From positions 154,877 to 218,876 of the forward strand of contig JAVZXS010000002.1 of the NCBI GenBank assembly GCA_038886535.1: DNA of 64,000 nucleotides. The letters run 5' to 3'. Source of the DNA: Candidatus Micrarchaeia archaeon. GTDB lineage: Archaea > Micrarchaeota > Micrarchaeia > CABMEP01. This document shows, in pieces, positions 1 to 10,310 of the stretch. A program made the position numbers and the translations under genes. The number at the start of each line of letters is the position of its first letter. Position 1 is the first letter of the stretch. Below the pieces are notes generated by a model that was not told the origin of the DNA, ran no database searches, and was given only the letters and a program-made list of their open reading frames with translations.

Positions 1-94
1 GAAAGGAGTTTAATAAACCAGAAAAAACAGATAATACAACTGCTTCATAAATGATAAGTGTCCTAAAAGTCAAACTATAAAACTAGGTGAAATT

Positions 95-577
95 ATGGAA
101 GAATTTAATTATAAGGTCAATGAATCAACAAGAAAATTCATCGAAGATGATTTCAAGGAAAGATTCAAAAAAACCGGCAACTCAATACTGCTAGAGAAGC
201 CATTTCAGAAAGTGGCTGAATATTACATTAGGCAGAATGTGCCTGCATATTTGAGAACGCAAAATGCACTTTCAAGCAATTCTGATGCAATAAAGCTAAT
301 GCAAAAAACTTTAGACGAATTTATATACAAAATAGAAAGCAAGGAATTGGGTTGGCAATATCTTCTTAGAAAAGACGGATACGAGTGCATAAAGTTGTTT
401 GACAATGCAGGTGAAAACATAATAGACTACAGTTACAGAGATCCGACTCAAAAACCACCAATAACAATAGAACTCCAGGTCAAAAATATGTTAAACAGAT
501 GGATAGGTGGAATTAATAATGAAAAAGAGATAGAATTGAATAAAGAAGATGAAAGCAAAGATGAAAATATGGAGTAA
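95..577 (+). CDS. Hypothetical protein (160 aa)
   Basis: ORF with AGGTGA RBS upstream; no recognised motif. Confidence 0.7.
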   Translation: MEEFNYKVNESTRKFIEDDFKERFKKTGNSILLEKPFQKVAEYYIRQNVPAYLRTQNALSSNSDAIKLMQKTLDEFIYKIESKELGWQYLLRKDGYECIKLFDNAGENIIDYSYRDPTQKPPITIELQVKNMLNRWIGGINNEKEIELNKEDESKDENME

Positions 578-597
578 TGGCCTGTAATGACTTATTT

Positions 598-858
598 TTA
601 TTCTATTCTTTTCCATATGCCATTAACATATTCATAAAGAGAACGAGTAGTCGAATCGTACACAATTCCATTTTTATCTGCGACTTCCTTTTCTCTATCG
701 ATTTGTATTACTGTTTTATTTCTCATCCAATCAAAATGTTTGAACGGATTTGGTTCTATGAGCGGAACTCTCATCTCTTCCTTTTTTCTTTTTTCGCACC
801 AATCAATTACCTCTTTTATCTCTTTTTTTGGAATTCTACTTAATGAATAATCTGCCAT
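598..858 (-). CDS. Small hypothetical protein (86 aa)
   Basis: ORF directly downstream of drg with GTGTGA upstream; protein-like composition. Confidence 0.7.
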   Translation of the reverse strand: MADYSLSRIPKKEIKEVIDWCEKRKKEEMRVPLIEPNPFKHFDWMRNKTVIQIDREKEVADKNGIVYDSTTRSLYEYVNGIWKRIE

Positions 859-875
859 TTTATCACACTAGTCTT

Positions 876-1970
876 TTATTTTTCAGCTATTATTGTAACT
901 ACGTCTTGATCCTCGACTACATGGTCCAATCCGACCCTCTGATTTGGATATTTAACTGATTTACCATTCACCAATGCATATTTAAATTTTTCAAGTAATT
1001 CTTTATGTATTCTTTGACATATCTCTTTTATTGTTGTTCCTTTTTTAACAATCATAGGTTCTCCAAGCTCCTTTCCTTCTTTTCTTTTTGTATAAATCTG
1101 AATGAATTTAAGTTTATCATATATTATATCTTTTAACTTCTCTATATTAATTCCCTTTTCTGCAGAAATAACAATAATATCTTTTTTAAGTCTATTCTTT
1201 GCGTCTTCTGTTATTTTTTTGATCTCATTTTCAGATAGCTCATCTGCTTTATTCAATACAATTAATGAAGGCAGATAAACACATGATTTACTTATATGAT
1301 CAATTAATTCATCAAGTGTTATAGGTTTTGGAATTATAACATCTGCATTAAGAATTCCAAATGTTTTCAATACGTCCTTTATTGTTTCTTCTTTTAATCC
1401 AGGCTTACCATTTATAACTATGCCACCATACTGTTTTTTGTTTATTTTTATTTCAGGAGGTTCTTTATCCATTCTGATATTTGCCTTCTCTAATTCATCT
1501 AGTATTGTTTCTATTTTTTCATATCTTTTTGGATCAGTTACAATCATAACCATATCTGCAGCTCTAACAGTAGAAAGAACCATTTTACCCATTCCTTTTC
1601 CTTCAGCAGCCCCTTCTATGATCCCAGGTATGTCAAGAATCTGGATCTTTGCACCTTTATGAATCAAAACACCAGGAATCACATCTTTTGTAGTAAACTC
1701 CCAAGCTGCAACCTGTGATTTTGCTCCAGTCAAGCGATTGATAAGCGTGGATTTTCCTACGGAAGGAAAGCCGACCATAACTAAAGTCGCATCTCCCTCT
1801 TTTTTTACCATGAAACCTTTTCCGCCACCATTTTTTTTCGAACTTGCTGCCTTCTCTCTTAATCTTGCTATCTTTGCTTTAAGCAGTCCTATGTGGTGTT
1901 CTGTAGCTTTGTTGTATTGTGTTCTTGCTATTTCCTCTTCTATTTCTTTTATCTGTTGTTCAATTGTCAT
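876..1970 (-). CDS. drg: DRG/Rbg1-family OBG GTPase with C-terminal TGS domain
   Basis: N-terminal TQYNKATEHHIGLLKAK; G1 GFPSVGKST, G3 DIPG, G4 NKAD; TGS-type C-terminus. ATG at 1970 preferred to GTG at 1979. Confidence 0.93.
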   Translation of the reverse strand: MTIEQQIKEIEEEIARTQYNKATEHHIGLLKAKIARLREKAASSKKNGGGKGFMVKKEGDATLVMVGFPSVGKSTLINRLTGAKSQVAAWEFTTKDVIPGVLIHKGAKIQILDIPGIIEGAAEGKGMGKMVLSTVRAADMVMIVTDPKRYEKIETILDELEKANIRMDKEPPEIKINKKQYGGIVINGKPGLKEETIKDVLKTFGILNADVIIPKPITLDELIDHISKSCVYLPSLIVLNKADELSENEIKKITEDAKNRLKKDIIVISAEKGINIEKLKDIIYDKLKFIQIYTKRKEGKELGEPMIVKKGTTIKEICQRIHKELLEKFKYALVNGKSVKYPNQRVGLDHVVEDQDVVTIIAEK

Positions 1971-2006
1971 TCTAATCACTTGAATGAAAAATACAAAACA
2001 AAATTC

Positions 2007-4253
2007 TTATTGTTGCGCTTCTTCTTTTTGCATCTGGTTTGTTTGGCGGAGTTCTTCTTTAACAAGATTTGGAAATATTACTGCCCATTCTTTTTCTAGA
2101 TCAGAATAATCAATTTCCCCATTTTCTTTCTCTTTCTCTTTCATTAGTTTTCTAAGTGATGCATTTGCTTTAAGCACGAATCCTATCTCTCTTAACATTG
2201 GATTGTCTGCTTCTAAGGAGGCTTTGTATATTTGGGAATAAACCTTTCCTTTCATGAATGCTTCTAATATATATTGTTCTGGAGAGATGCCTGTATCTGC
2301 AGCTCTTCTTTCCAACGCTGGAGGTATGAATTTGATATCTATTTCTTTTTCAAGTTTGCCCACATCAATATTTTCAATTGTCCACTGGCTTGCCTCTGGA
2401 TTCTTTATGAACTGGCAATCAAGTCTTGAACTTGTAATGTTTGGACCTCTAGTAAATGAAAACGTTTCTACAAATTTTCTTTCCACAGGCTCTGATTCAT
2501 ATGCCTTCTTTATAATTCTATACAATCTTTCTTTTCTTCCGAATCTAAATTTATGTAGGAATGTATATCTATCTGTTGCAAACATTGATGCAGCAGGAAT
2601 TCCAAATACTAGTTCTAATCTGTCTTGCACATCTCTTAAACTTTCAGCATGGAAATTGTAGAGCAAGAATACTCCTGGTTGCGTGTTTAATAGATTGATA
2701 ATACCTTGTACAGCAGTTCTTGATCTTAATTCATTTATTATTACTGCAGCTTCACCCATTCTTAGCAATGCAGATGTCATCTTTACAATTGACAGTGCAG
2801 TTCTTTCTTCCTCTTCCTCTGCAACCTTTGCAGAACCTATATGAAATCCATATTTTCTGTAAGCTCTAGTCGGAATTTCTTCTATATCCTGTACTGGAAT
2901 TATTCTCTTCTTTGTTCCAATTGCAGTTATCTTTGCAGCAGTAAATGAAGTTTTACCACATCCTTTTATACCCATTACACCTTCAGATGTTCCAAGTGAA
3001 ACCATAACATCGTCATATCCACAGAAAAATGCAGACATTGAATTGTAATGGAGATACTGAGAGTAGGTGAATGGAGTGGGTTTCATAATTCTAAATGCGC
3101 CTTGAAGCTCGCCGAAAGTTGCAGGCGGTCCCTGCAAATGGCATCTCATATTAATTCTATTTAGCATCAAATCTATCAGTGGGTTTCTTTCATCAAGTTT
3201 CTTTCCTAGCTTAGCTCCAAGTGTTGCATTAAGGAACGCATATTCAAGGAGCTGTCTATTGTATCTGTATTGAGTGTGACAAGTCCCATGATAAACATGT
3301 TCAAGATAGAGAGGAGAGTTTTCAGCATCTATATAAATATCAGTTATGTTGTTTTGGTCAAGTGCAAGGTTCTCAAGAGGAGCACCCAATCCAAGCGTCC
3401 AATTAACAGTTTCTTTTGCCATTACTAATGCTTGTTCTTGAGTTATAGGTATTTTGTTCATTGCAGCTGTATCTAGATAATATTGCCTGTATTCGAGAAG
3501 TTTCTTATCATACAAGGCTGCATAGTCAAGAACACCAGTTATTTGCTGCATGTTTGCAGCTATGTATTGCCTCATTAATTTTTTGAGTGGATCTGGAAGG
3601 TTTTGAAGAATATCATTTTTCTGCACATACATGTTGGCTTCTTTTCCAGGAAGTTCATAAATCTCAACCTTCCAACCATATGGCAGATCATACTTTGCAG
3701 TTTTAGCCTCGATCAACTTTGCATTCTGTGGAAGTTCTAATGAAATCGTTTCAACGAAAGCAGCACTTCTCATTTCAGCAAATTGTAGAAACACACTTCT
3801 CATATCTCCAAATTGCTTTGTAAGAGAATACATTTTTGTCTTTCTTAATGCATCCAATGTATTAAGGAGTAAAGTTCCGAATTTTCTGTATCCTTCAAGA
3901 AATACCCCTCTTGTCGGCTCTGGCTCTTTGTATTCCATTATTTTTTGTTCTGCAATCAATGGATTTTGATAGAGAGAATCTAATACTTCTTTAAGTAATT
4001 TCTTTCTTACATTATAATAATCATCCTCTTTTCTTCCAAAAGAATCAGGATTTAATGTTATCAATTCAACCTGCCTTATAAGCGAGACATATTCCTTAAT
4101 AACTTGAGTCTTTTGTTCGTCAAATTCGATTATCATTTCTTCTTCGTATCTTATTCTGTCGAATTCAAAATCTGTTATTAATGCCAATTGTTTTAGCTGG
4201 CTGTTAATGCAGTCAGGACTGAATAATTCATATGGACTTGCTATTGAGTCCAT
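2007..4253 (-). CDS. Divergent type II/IV secretion system (VirB11/TadA/FlaI-like) ATPase
   Basis: Walker A GIKGCGKTS, Asp box QDIEEI, Walker B-like IINELRS, His box FHAES; alternative start at 4292. Confidence 0.75.
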   Translation of the reverse strand: MDSIASPYELFSPDCINSQLKQLALITDFEFDRIRYEEEMIIEFDEQKTQVIKEYVSLIRQVELITLNPDSFGRKEDDYYNVRKKLLKEVLDSLYQNPLIAEQKIMEYKEPEPTRGVFLEGYRKFGTLLLNTLDALRKTKMYSLTKQFGDMRSVFLQFAEMRSAAFVETISLELPQNAKLIEAKTAKYDLPYGWKVEIYELPGKEANMYVQKNDILQNLPDPLKKLMRQYIAANMQQITGVLDYAALYDKKLLEYRQYYLDTAAMNKIPITQEQALVMAKETVNWTLGLGAPLENLALDQNNITDIYIDAENSPLYLEHVYHGTCHTQYRYNRQLLEYAFLNATLGAKLGKKLDERNPLIDLMLNRINMRCHLQGPPATFGELQGAFRIMKPTPFTYSQYLHYNSMSAFFCGYDDVMVSLGTSEGVMGIKGCGKTSFTAAKITAIGTKKRIIPVQDIEEIPTRAYRKYGFHIGSAKVAEEEEERTALSIVKMTSALLRMGEAAVIINELRSRTAVQGIINLLNTQPGVFLLYNFHAESLRDVQDRLELVFGIPAASMFATDRYTFLHKFRFGRKERLYRIIKKAYESEPVERKFVETFSFTRGPNITSSRLDCQFIKNPEASQWTIENIDVGKLEKEIDIKFIPPALERRAADTGISPEQYILEAFMKGKVYSQIYKASLEADNPMLREIGFVLKANASLRKLMKEKEKENGEIDYSDLEKEWAVIFPNLVKEELRQTNQMQKEEAQQ

Positions 4254-4345
4254 AATTGCTACTCGGTTTTGTATTCCACGATAGATGCACATGATTTAAA
4301 TATTATTAGAAATGCTTAAAAATACAATTACTCTAATGGTATTTT

Positions 4346-6268
4346 ATGATAAAGACGAAAATTGATAAGATTGCTTCGTTAATAAAGGAGAAGCCAATGT
4401 CTTTAAAGGATTTGTCTTCTCAATTAGATTTAAACCAAGAAATTATTGAGATTGTTGGCAGAAATCTCGAGACAAGAGGAATAATGCGATTGGATTATCC
4501 TGCTGTAGGTTCACCTATCCTATCTCTTGTAAAAGTTCTAGAGGAGAAACATGAATCAATACCTACTTCTTTTGATGAAAAATATTCATTTGATGTCAAT
4601 GGAGTGAATGTAACCATCTACATTTATAGAGACCAAGAACGAAGGCCATTTTATCATGTAGTTTATAGTGAACCTGCACCATACACTCTGGAGTTTCTAA
4701 AATCATTAGAACCAGAGATAGCAAGAGATATTCCACTCGATACAAGTTACTTTTTAACTCCAGAAAGGATGCAGGCATACCTTCCAACAATATACAATAA
4801 AGTGAAGGATAAACTATCAGTTTATTTCGGAGAGCACTTAGATCAATTGGCAGGATATACATTTATTAACATGTATGGAATGAGAGAACTCGAAATCCTA
4901 ATGGGGGATGAAAATCTTGAAGAAATCTCTGTAAACACTTCACTTATTCCTATTTCAGTTTATCATAGAAACTATGGGTGGATGAAGACAAATCTTAAAT
5001 TTAAAGATGAAGAGGAAATCGCAAACATCGCATCTCAAATTGCAAGAAGAGTTGGTCAACAGATTACTATTGCAAACCCAATATTGGATGCTTTCTTGAC
5101 AACTGGTGACAGAGCAACTGCAACTCTCTTTCCGGCTTCTACAAAAGGAAATACAATTACTATTAGAAAATTTGCAAAAGAACCATGGACAGTTACAAAA
5201 TTTATTGCAAATCATACTCTTTCTGTTGACATGGCTGCATTACTATGGCAGGCTGTGCATTATGAGATGAACGTTATAGCAACTGGAGGAACTGCCAGTG
5301 GAAAAACAAGTCTTCTTAACATCATGATGCAGCTATCTCCACCTTATCAAAGAATAGTTTCGATTGAAGAGACAAGAGAGATCGCACTTCCTGAGCACAT
5401 ATGGAACTGGGTTCCTCTTCTTGTAAGAGAAGGAGGTCCATCTCTTGAAATGGAGAAAGTTAAGATATCAATGGCAGATCTATTAATAACTTCATTAAGA
5501 ATGAGGCCAGATAGAATCATTTTGGGGGAAGTCAGATCTCCAGATGAGGCAAAAGTTCTATTTGATGCAATGCATACGGGACATAGCGTATCCACCACAT
5601 TTCATGCAGATTCAGCAAACCAAATGCTTAAGCGTATGCTAGAGCCTCCGTTTTCAATTCATGCAACAGAAGTCGAATCTATTCATCTAGTTGTCGTCCA
5701 GCACAGAGACAGAAGAAGAAATCTAAGAAGAACATTTGAGATATCTGAAATTTCACCTGGTTTAGATGGTTCGTTATCAACAAATAGATTATACATCTGG
5801 AGGCCAAGAACAGACAAATTCGAAGAGATAAACAAACCCAGAAGATATATAGAGGATATAAACATTTATACTGGAATGACTGAAAAGGAGATTTATGATG
5901 ATCTCGAAGAAAGAAAGCGGATTTTAAACTGGATGGTAAGACAGAAGTATTTTGATATCTTGCAGATCAGCGAGGTTGCAAAGGCATATTACAATACACC
6001 AGATGTACTTTATAGGGCTGTTGAAAAAGACAGAGAGCTAGAGGGAGTTCCAAAACCAAAACATTTGTTTGAAGCTCCGACCCTTTCTACTTTCAATGCA
6101 GTTTCAAGTGAAAAGATAAACTTAAAAGAAGAATCTAAATCAATTTCACTAAGTAAAATACCTGAAGTAGAATTTTCTACCTCAGAAGTTCTTAAAACAC
6201 TTACAGAAGAGATAGAAAAGGCAAAGGCAGAGAAGAGGAGCAAGAAACCAAAAGGTAAGAAAAGATGA
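4346..6268 (+). CDS. Type IV pilus assembly ATPase (TadA/CpaF/FlaI family)
   Basis: GGTASGKTS, SIEETREI, LRMRPDRIILGEVR, MHTGH..TFHAD. Confidence 0.93.
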   Translation: MIKTKIDKIASLIKEKPMSLKDLSSQLDLNQEIIEIVGRNLETRGIMRLDYPAVGSPILSLVKVLEEKHESIPTSFDEKYSFDVNGVNVTIYIYRDQERRPFYHVVYSEPAPYTLEFLKSLEPEIARDIPLDTSYFLTPERMQAYLPTIYNKVKDKLSVYFGEHLDQLAGYTFINMYGMRELEILMGDENLEEISVNTSLIPISVYHRNYGWMKTNLKFKDEEEIANIASQIARRVGQQITIANPILDAFLTTGDRATATLFPASTKGNTITIRKFAKEPWTVTKFIANHTLSVDMAALLWQAVHYEMNVIATGGTASGKTSLLNIMMQLSPPYQRIVSIEETREIALPEHIWNWVPLLVREGGPSLEMEKVKISMADLLITSLRMRPDRIILGEVRSPDEAKVLFDAMHTGHSVSTTFHADSANQMLKRMLEPPFSIHATEVESIHLVVVQHRDRRRNLRRTFEISEISPGLDGSLSTNRLYIWRPRTDKFEEINKPRRYIEDINIYTGMTEKEIYDDLEERKRILNWMVRQKYFDILQISEVAKAYYNTPDVLYRAVEKDRELEGVPKPKHLFEAPTLSTFNAVSSEKINLKEESKSISLSKIPEVEFSTSEVLKTLTEEIEKAKAEKRSKKPKGKKR

Positions 6269-6290
6269 TTTAAATTTATTAGGGGGATAA

Positions 6291-7259
6291 TTGATGCTTG
6301 CAAAAAAGAAACATAGCGATGAAAATAAAGATAAATTATCAATTAAATCATTAAATTCAGAGATTCAAAAAGAAAACCATTCTGAAGTATACATACCTAT
6401 TCAATTGGTTTCTGTAGAACAGGCAAAGTACGGAAAATTTTTACTTCCACTTGCAAGATTTTTATTGACTCCTTCAAAGAAAAAAGAGATTGAAAAGGCC
6501 TACCTTGTCGGCGAGCCTGATTATATAATTGTTGCATTCCTGTTGTCCTCTCTTGTCTGGGCTTTGTTCTTCTCATTCGCGGTATTTGTATTGCAAATTC
6601 TGATAGCATTTGAAACACCAGAATCTGCAGCCCCTCTTTCAATAACAATATTTGTAATTTCATTTCTTTTCTTCTTTTATTTGCATTATATTTATCCTGG
6701 AATTCTTGCAAGAAAAGTTGCAGAAACCACTGAATTCGAACTTTTATATGTTCTTAGAGAAATGTGGATAGATTCGACATCTGGTGTACCATTATATAAT
6801 ATACTTGTGAATGTTGCAAAAGCCGGATATGGGCCGATTTCAAAAGATATAGAAGCTGCAGTTCGAGAAATCAATACTGGAGAAAGAGATGTGAATGCAC
6901 TAGAAAAAGTAGCGCAGAAAACAAGCTCAGAAAACTTCAAGAGAATTTTATGGCATTTGTCCTCATCAATGCGAACTGGAGTTGGATTAACTCTCGCATT
7001 GGAAAATTCTATCAATCTGCTTTCATCAGAACAATTGAGAAAAATAAGGGAATACGGTGCTTCTTTAAATTTCTATTTGCTACTTTATCTTTTGTTCGCA
7101 GCAGTGATACCATCGATTGTAATAACATTCTTTGCTATACTTTCTGCATTTGGCATATTTCCAATAACATTTGATCTATTATTTGCTTTAGTTATTTTAT
7201 CATCTTTATTCCAAGTTGTATTGATAGGTTTAATGAGGGCGGGGAGACCTGCAATATGA
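6291..7259 (+). CDS. TadC/FlaJ-like (T2SSF) pilus platform membrane protein
   Basis: Multi-TM; SGVPLYNIL..YGPIS..ALEKVA..SENFKR T2SSF pattern; follows the ATPase. Confidence 0.85.
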   Translation: MMLAKKKHSDENKDKLSIKSLNSEIQKENHSEVYIPIQLVSVEQAKYGKFLLPLARFLLTPSKKKEIEKAYLVGEPDYIIVAFLLSSLVWALFFSFAVFVLQILIAFETPESAAPLSITIFVISFLFFFYLHYIYPGILARKVAETTEFELLYVLREMWIDSTSGVPLYNILVNVAKAGYGPISKDIEAAVREINTGERDVNALEKVAQKTSSENFKRILWHLSSSMRTGVGLTLALENSINLLSSEQLRKIREYGASLNFYLLLYLLFAAVIPSIVITFFAILSAFGIFPITFDLLFALVILSSLFQVVLIGLMRAGRPAI

Positions 7260-8308
7260 GAAGGGGTTGTATGATATTTAGTAATCTGTTAAAAAATTTA
7301 GAAGACAGAGTACCTACATATATTAAAAATAAGATTCAAAGATTGCTTTCCTATGCAGGAGAAGATGAAGCACCAGAATCTTGGTTTATAAAGAATTCAA
7401 TAGTTTCATTACTTTTTGGTCTTGCATTTCTCTCTGCACCAACCATATTCTTTAGTTATCTATCTGAAGTAGGCTTGAATCCTGCAGAGACAAGATTTCT
7501 CATATTCTCTTTTATAATTGGATTGACTGCATTCATTGTTTACTGGATATTTGTTTTTTCAGCATTATATCTTAAAATAGAATATAGAAAAAGAAGAACA
7601 AATGATATATTACCTGATTTTCTTTCAAGCGTTGCAATGAATATAAGGGCAGGAATGGAACCGATATCAGCGCTCTATGTTTCTTTAAGGTCTGATTTCG
7701 ATCCAATAACATCTGAAATGATGAAGATAAGATCTTTGGCTATTGGATCAAAATCAATATTGGATCAGCTGTCGTATCTTAATTCTAAGATTGATTCTAA
7801 TGCACTTAGAAGAACAGTTGCAATTATAGACAGAGCATCAAGATCTGGAGGGGAATTAGGAAGATTGTTGCTCTCTGTAGCGGATGATTTAAGAGATACA
7901 AACAGAGTACAGAAAGAATTAGAGACGTCAACAAGAGGATATGTATATTTCATTTCATTCCTTACTATATTGGGAATTCCATTGCTTCTTTCTGTTTCAT
8001 CGGTTTTCATTAGCGCCACTGCAAAACAAAGCCAGCAGTTTACTGGAGGATTCGGCGGTTTGATAAGCGTAATTCCAATATCTAATGTAGTCACTTCCCA
8101 GACTTTAGATCCATCATCAGTTTTAATCATATTCATAATTCTTATATCTATAGGTGCTATCTCTGCTTCACTTATGTTGGGTGTATTGTGGCATGGGGAG
8201 GTAAAGCAAGGATTTAGATATTTAATAATATTATTACCCTTAGCCATTATTGCATTTTTAATATTTAGATCTGCTATGTCCTCTCTAATCGCATCTTTCG
8301 GAATCTAA
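7256..8308 (+). CDS. Second TadC/FlaJ-like (T2SSF) membrane protein
   Basis: LPDFLSSVAMNIRAGM..AL and SGGELGRLL motifs; several TM segments; start could be ATG 7271. Confidence 0.87.
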   Translation: MRRGCMIFSNLLKNLEDRVPTYIKNKIQRLLSYAGEDEAPESWFIKNSIVSLLFGLAFLSAPTIFFSYLSEVGLNPAETRFLIFSFIIGLTAFIVYWIFVFSALYLKIEYRKRRTNDILPDFLSSVAMNIRAGMEPISALYVSLRSDFDPITSEMMKIRSLAIGSKSILDQLSYLNSKIDSNALRRTVAIIDRASRSGGELGRLLLSVADDLRDTNRVQKELETSTRGYVYFISFLTILGIPLLLSVSSVFISATAKQSQQFTGGFGGLISVIPISNVVTSQTLDPSSVLIIFIILISIGAISASLMLGVLWHGEVKQGFRYLIILLPLAIIAFLIFRSAMSSLIASFGI

Positions 8309-8401
8309 AAAAGATTTTTATATCTTGCATTATAATCATAATAATCAGTAACAACATATCGTTAATGCGGTATGTTTGGAAAATTTAATTGAGGTGGATA
8401 T

Positions 8402-8869
8402 ATGTTTGGAAAGAAAAAAGGTCAAGCAACTATAGAATATTTGGTTTTGCTTGCAGTGGCAATAATAATTGCACTGGTGATTTTTGCATTTATGGGATGG
8501 ATACCTGGCTTTGCAGGTAGCCTAAAAGAGAGACAAGTTAAACTCTACTGGTCTTCTCAATACCCAATTCAAGTAAGAGAATATAGTTATACAAATAGTA
8601 CAGGAAATCTTTCTCTATATCTTCAAAATGTAGCAGATTATCAAATTAATATAACTGGGATTTCAACAAGCGTAGGTTCCTACAATATAATTAATGGAAG
8701 TGTAGTTTTACCCGGTGAATCTAAATTAGTAAATTTCAATCTTAACTATAACTGCCAACCAGGTTCTCCATTTGAATTTACAAGTGTAAAAATATATTAT
8801 AAAATAATCGATTCTGGAATGGATATGGTAGAAGTTGGTGACAGACCATTCGTAGGAACCTGCCAGTAA
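8402..8869 (+). CDS. Type IV pilin (class III signal peptide), probable major pilin
   Basis: KKKG/QATIEYLVLLAVAIIIALVIF; strong GAGGTG RBS; N-x-S/T sequons. Confidence 0.85.
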   Translation: MFGKKKGQATIEYLVLLAVAIIIALVIFAFMGWIPGFAGSLKERQVKLYWSSQYPIQVREYSYTNSTGNLSLYLQNVADYQINITGISTSVGSYNIINGSVVLPGESKLVNFNLNYNCQPGSPFEFTSVKIYYKIIDSGMDMVEVGDRPFVGTCQ

Positions 8870-9041
8870 ATTAGTTAGTTCTTTTTTATTTTTTTATAAT
8901 TTCTTTTATTTTTCGTGTGCTCTGATTTTGATCTTATTTTTGATTTTATTTAACTATTTAATGTCCAGCCAACTATTGGACTATTTACTTTTTAGCTAGT
9001 TATTTTAGTCATATTTTGATTGTTAATCCTTTTTTTGCTTT

Positions 9042-10169
9042 TTACTTCAAATATTCCTGCAATTCTTTTTTCATATTCTCTATGCTTAGAATAAAATCAG
9101 CGTATCCTATCCATTTTCCATCTTCAAAACTATACATGTCATTGTCACTTATAACGATCATCAATTCATTTATTCCATTTTTGAAAACAGGCAGTTTAAT
9201 CTCCTTTCCTATTTCTCCCATATATGAACCATCTTGCGGTTCAATTAATTCAGCTCCATTAAGAAGATTAATCTGAGAGCTATTGTTTATTTTATATCGA
9301 GAAAAAGCAACAACACAATGTCCCAGCGAAGGTTCTGTTAAGTAGCAAACAACATAAGGATAAACATTTCCTGGCTTAAGCTCTTTTGCTTCCACATCTC
9401 TAATGAACCAGGTGTCTCTATTGTTTATAAAATATCTATTACCATTTTCTATCGGAATGTAGGATTCAATAATTATCTTTTTATCGCTGCATTTGCTTAA
9501 TATGTGGTTCATTTCTGCTTTAAAAAATAGAGAATAGTCTTCACAGTCGCCCCCTTTATTTGCGATGAATTCATCTAATGAACTTAGTTTATCTTCTCTA
9601 TTATAAAGAGAGGTATCTAAAATGTATCTAAGTCCATAAAATTCATCATTAACGAGATAAAAGCAAGCAGTTTTGATCCTGCATTCATCTAAAATTATTT
9701 TATAGCATTCCGTTTTAAGATCGCTTACTAGGCTTATTTTTAGGCTATCATTCATTTTTTCAATATTTGAATTTTGAGAAAACCATCTCATGGATTCATT
9801 TATTTTTTGTGAATAATCATCCAACTTTTCTAATAATGTATTTGCCTCATCTTTGAGTTGTTTATATCTGCTTTCTAGAAGAGTATAATTTTGAGTCAAC
9901 ATCTGATATTCATTTTGCAGCTTAGAGTAATTTTCTTCAGCTTCACTAAGCTTTCTTTTTAAATTTTCATTTTTTTCCAAAGCAGATTGAAGCGAATTAA
10001 TAAGTTCTTTCTTTTCTAAATTTAACTTCTCTATATTTGCATTTGCATTTTCTACATAGTTAAGATGCAGTTCTCTAAGAGAATTGTATCTATTAAACTG
10101 ATATACATTCAATAAAATAAGCAATAAAACTGCAACTGCAAGAATTTTTTCCTTTTCCATTTTATTCAA
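9042..10169 (-). CDS. Membrane-anchored coiled-coil protein with transglutaminase-like cysteine protease (LapG/BTLCP-like) domain
   Basis: N-terminal TM, heptad coiled coil, GDCEDYS, GHCVVA, IEPQ. Confidence 0.65.
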   Translation of the reverse strand: MNKMEKEKILAVAVLLLILLNVYQFNRYNSLRELHLNYVENANANIEKLNLEKKELINSLQSALEKNENLKRKLSEAEENYSKLQNEYQMLTQNYTLLESRYKQLKDEANTLLEKLDDYSQKINESMRWFSQNSNIEKMNDSLKISLVSDLKTECYKIILDECRIKTACFYLVNDEFYGLRYILDTSLYNREDKLSSLDEFIANKGGDCEDYSLFFKAEMNHILSKCSDKKIIIESYIPIENGNRYFINNRDTWFIRDVEAKELKPGNVYPYVVCYLTEPSLGHCVVAFSRYKINNSSQINLLNGAELIEPQDGSYMGEIGKEIKLPVFKNGINELMIVISDNDMYSFEDGKWIGYADFILSIENMKKELQEYLK

Positions 10170-10183
10170 CTTTTAATGTTTAA

Positions 10184-10256
10184 TAGCCCCGACCGGATTC
10201 GAACCGGTGTCTCGGGCTCCAAAGGCCCGCATACTTGACCGCTATACGACGGGGCT
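10184..10256 (-). tRNA. tRNA-Gln(UUG), no intron
   Basis: Reverse complement AGCCCCGTCGTATAGCGGTCAAGTATGCGGGCCTTTGGAGCCCGAGACACCGGTTCGAATCCGGTCGGGGCTA folds as a cloverleaf; anticodon TTG; CCA not encoded. Confidence 0.96.
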
Positions 10257-10310
10257 ATACAAAAATATATACTATTTATAGCTAATCAAAATTTTAAATA
10301 CTTACTTATT

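Noticed and set aside
1-50. Possible 3' end of an upstream gene (..KEFNKPEKTDNTTAS*)
   Set aside because: Too short to support or assign.
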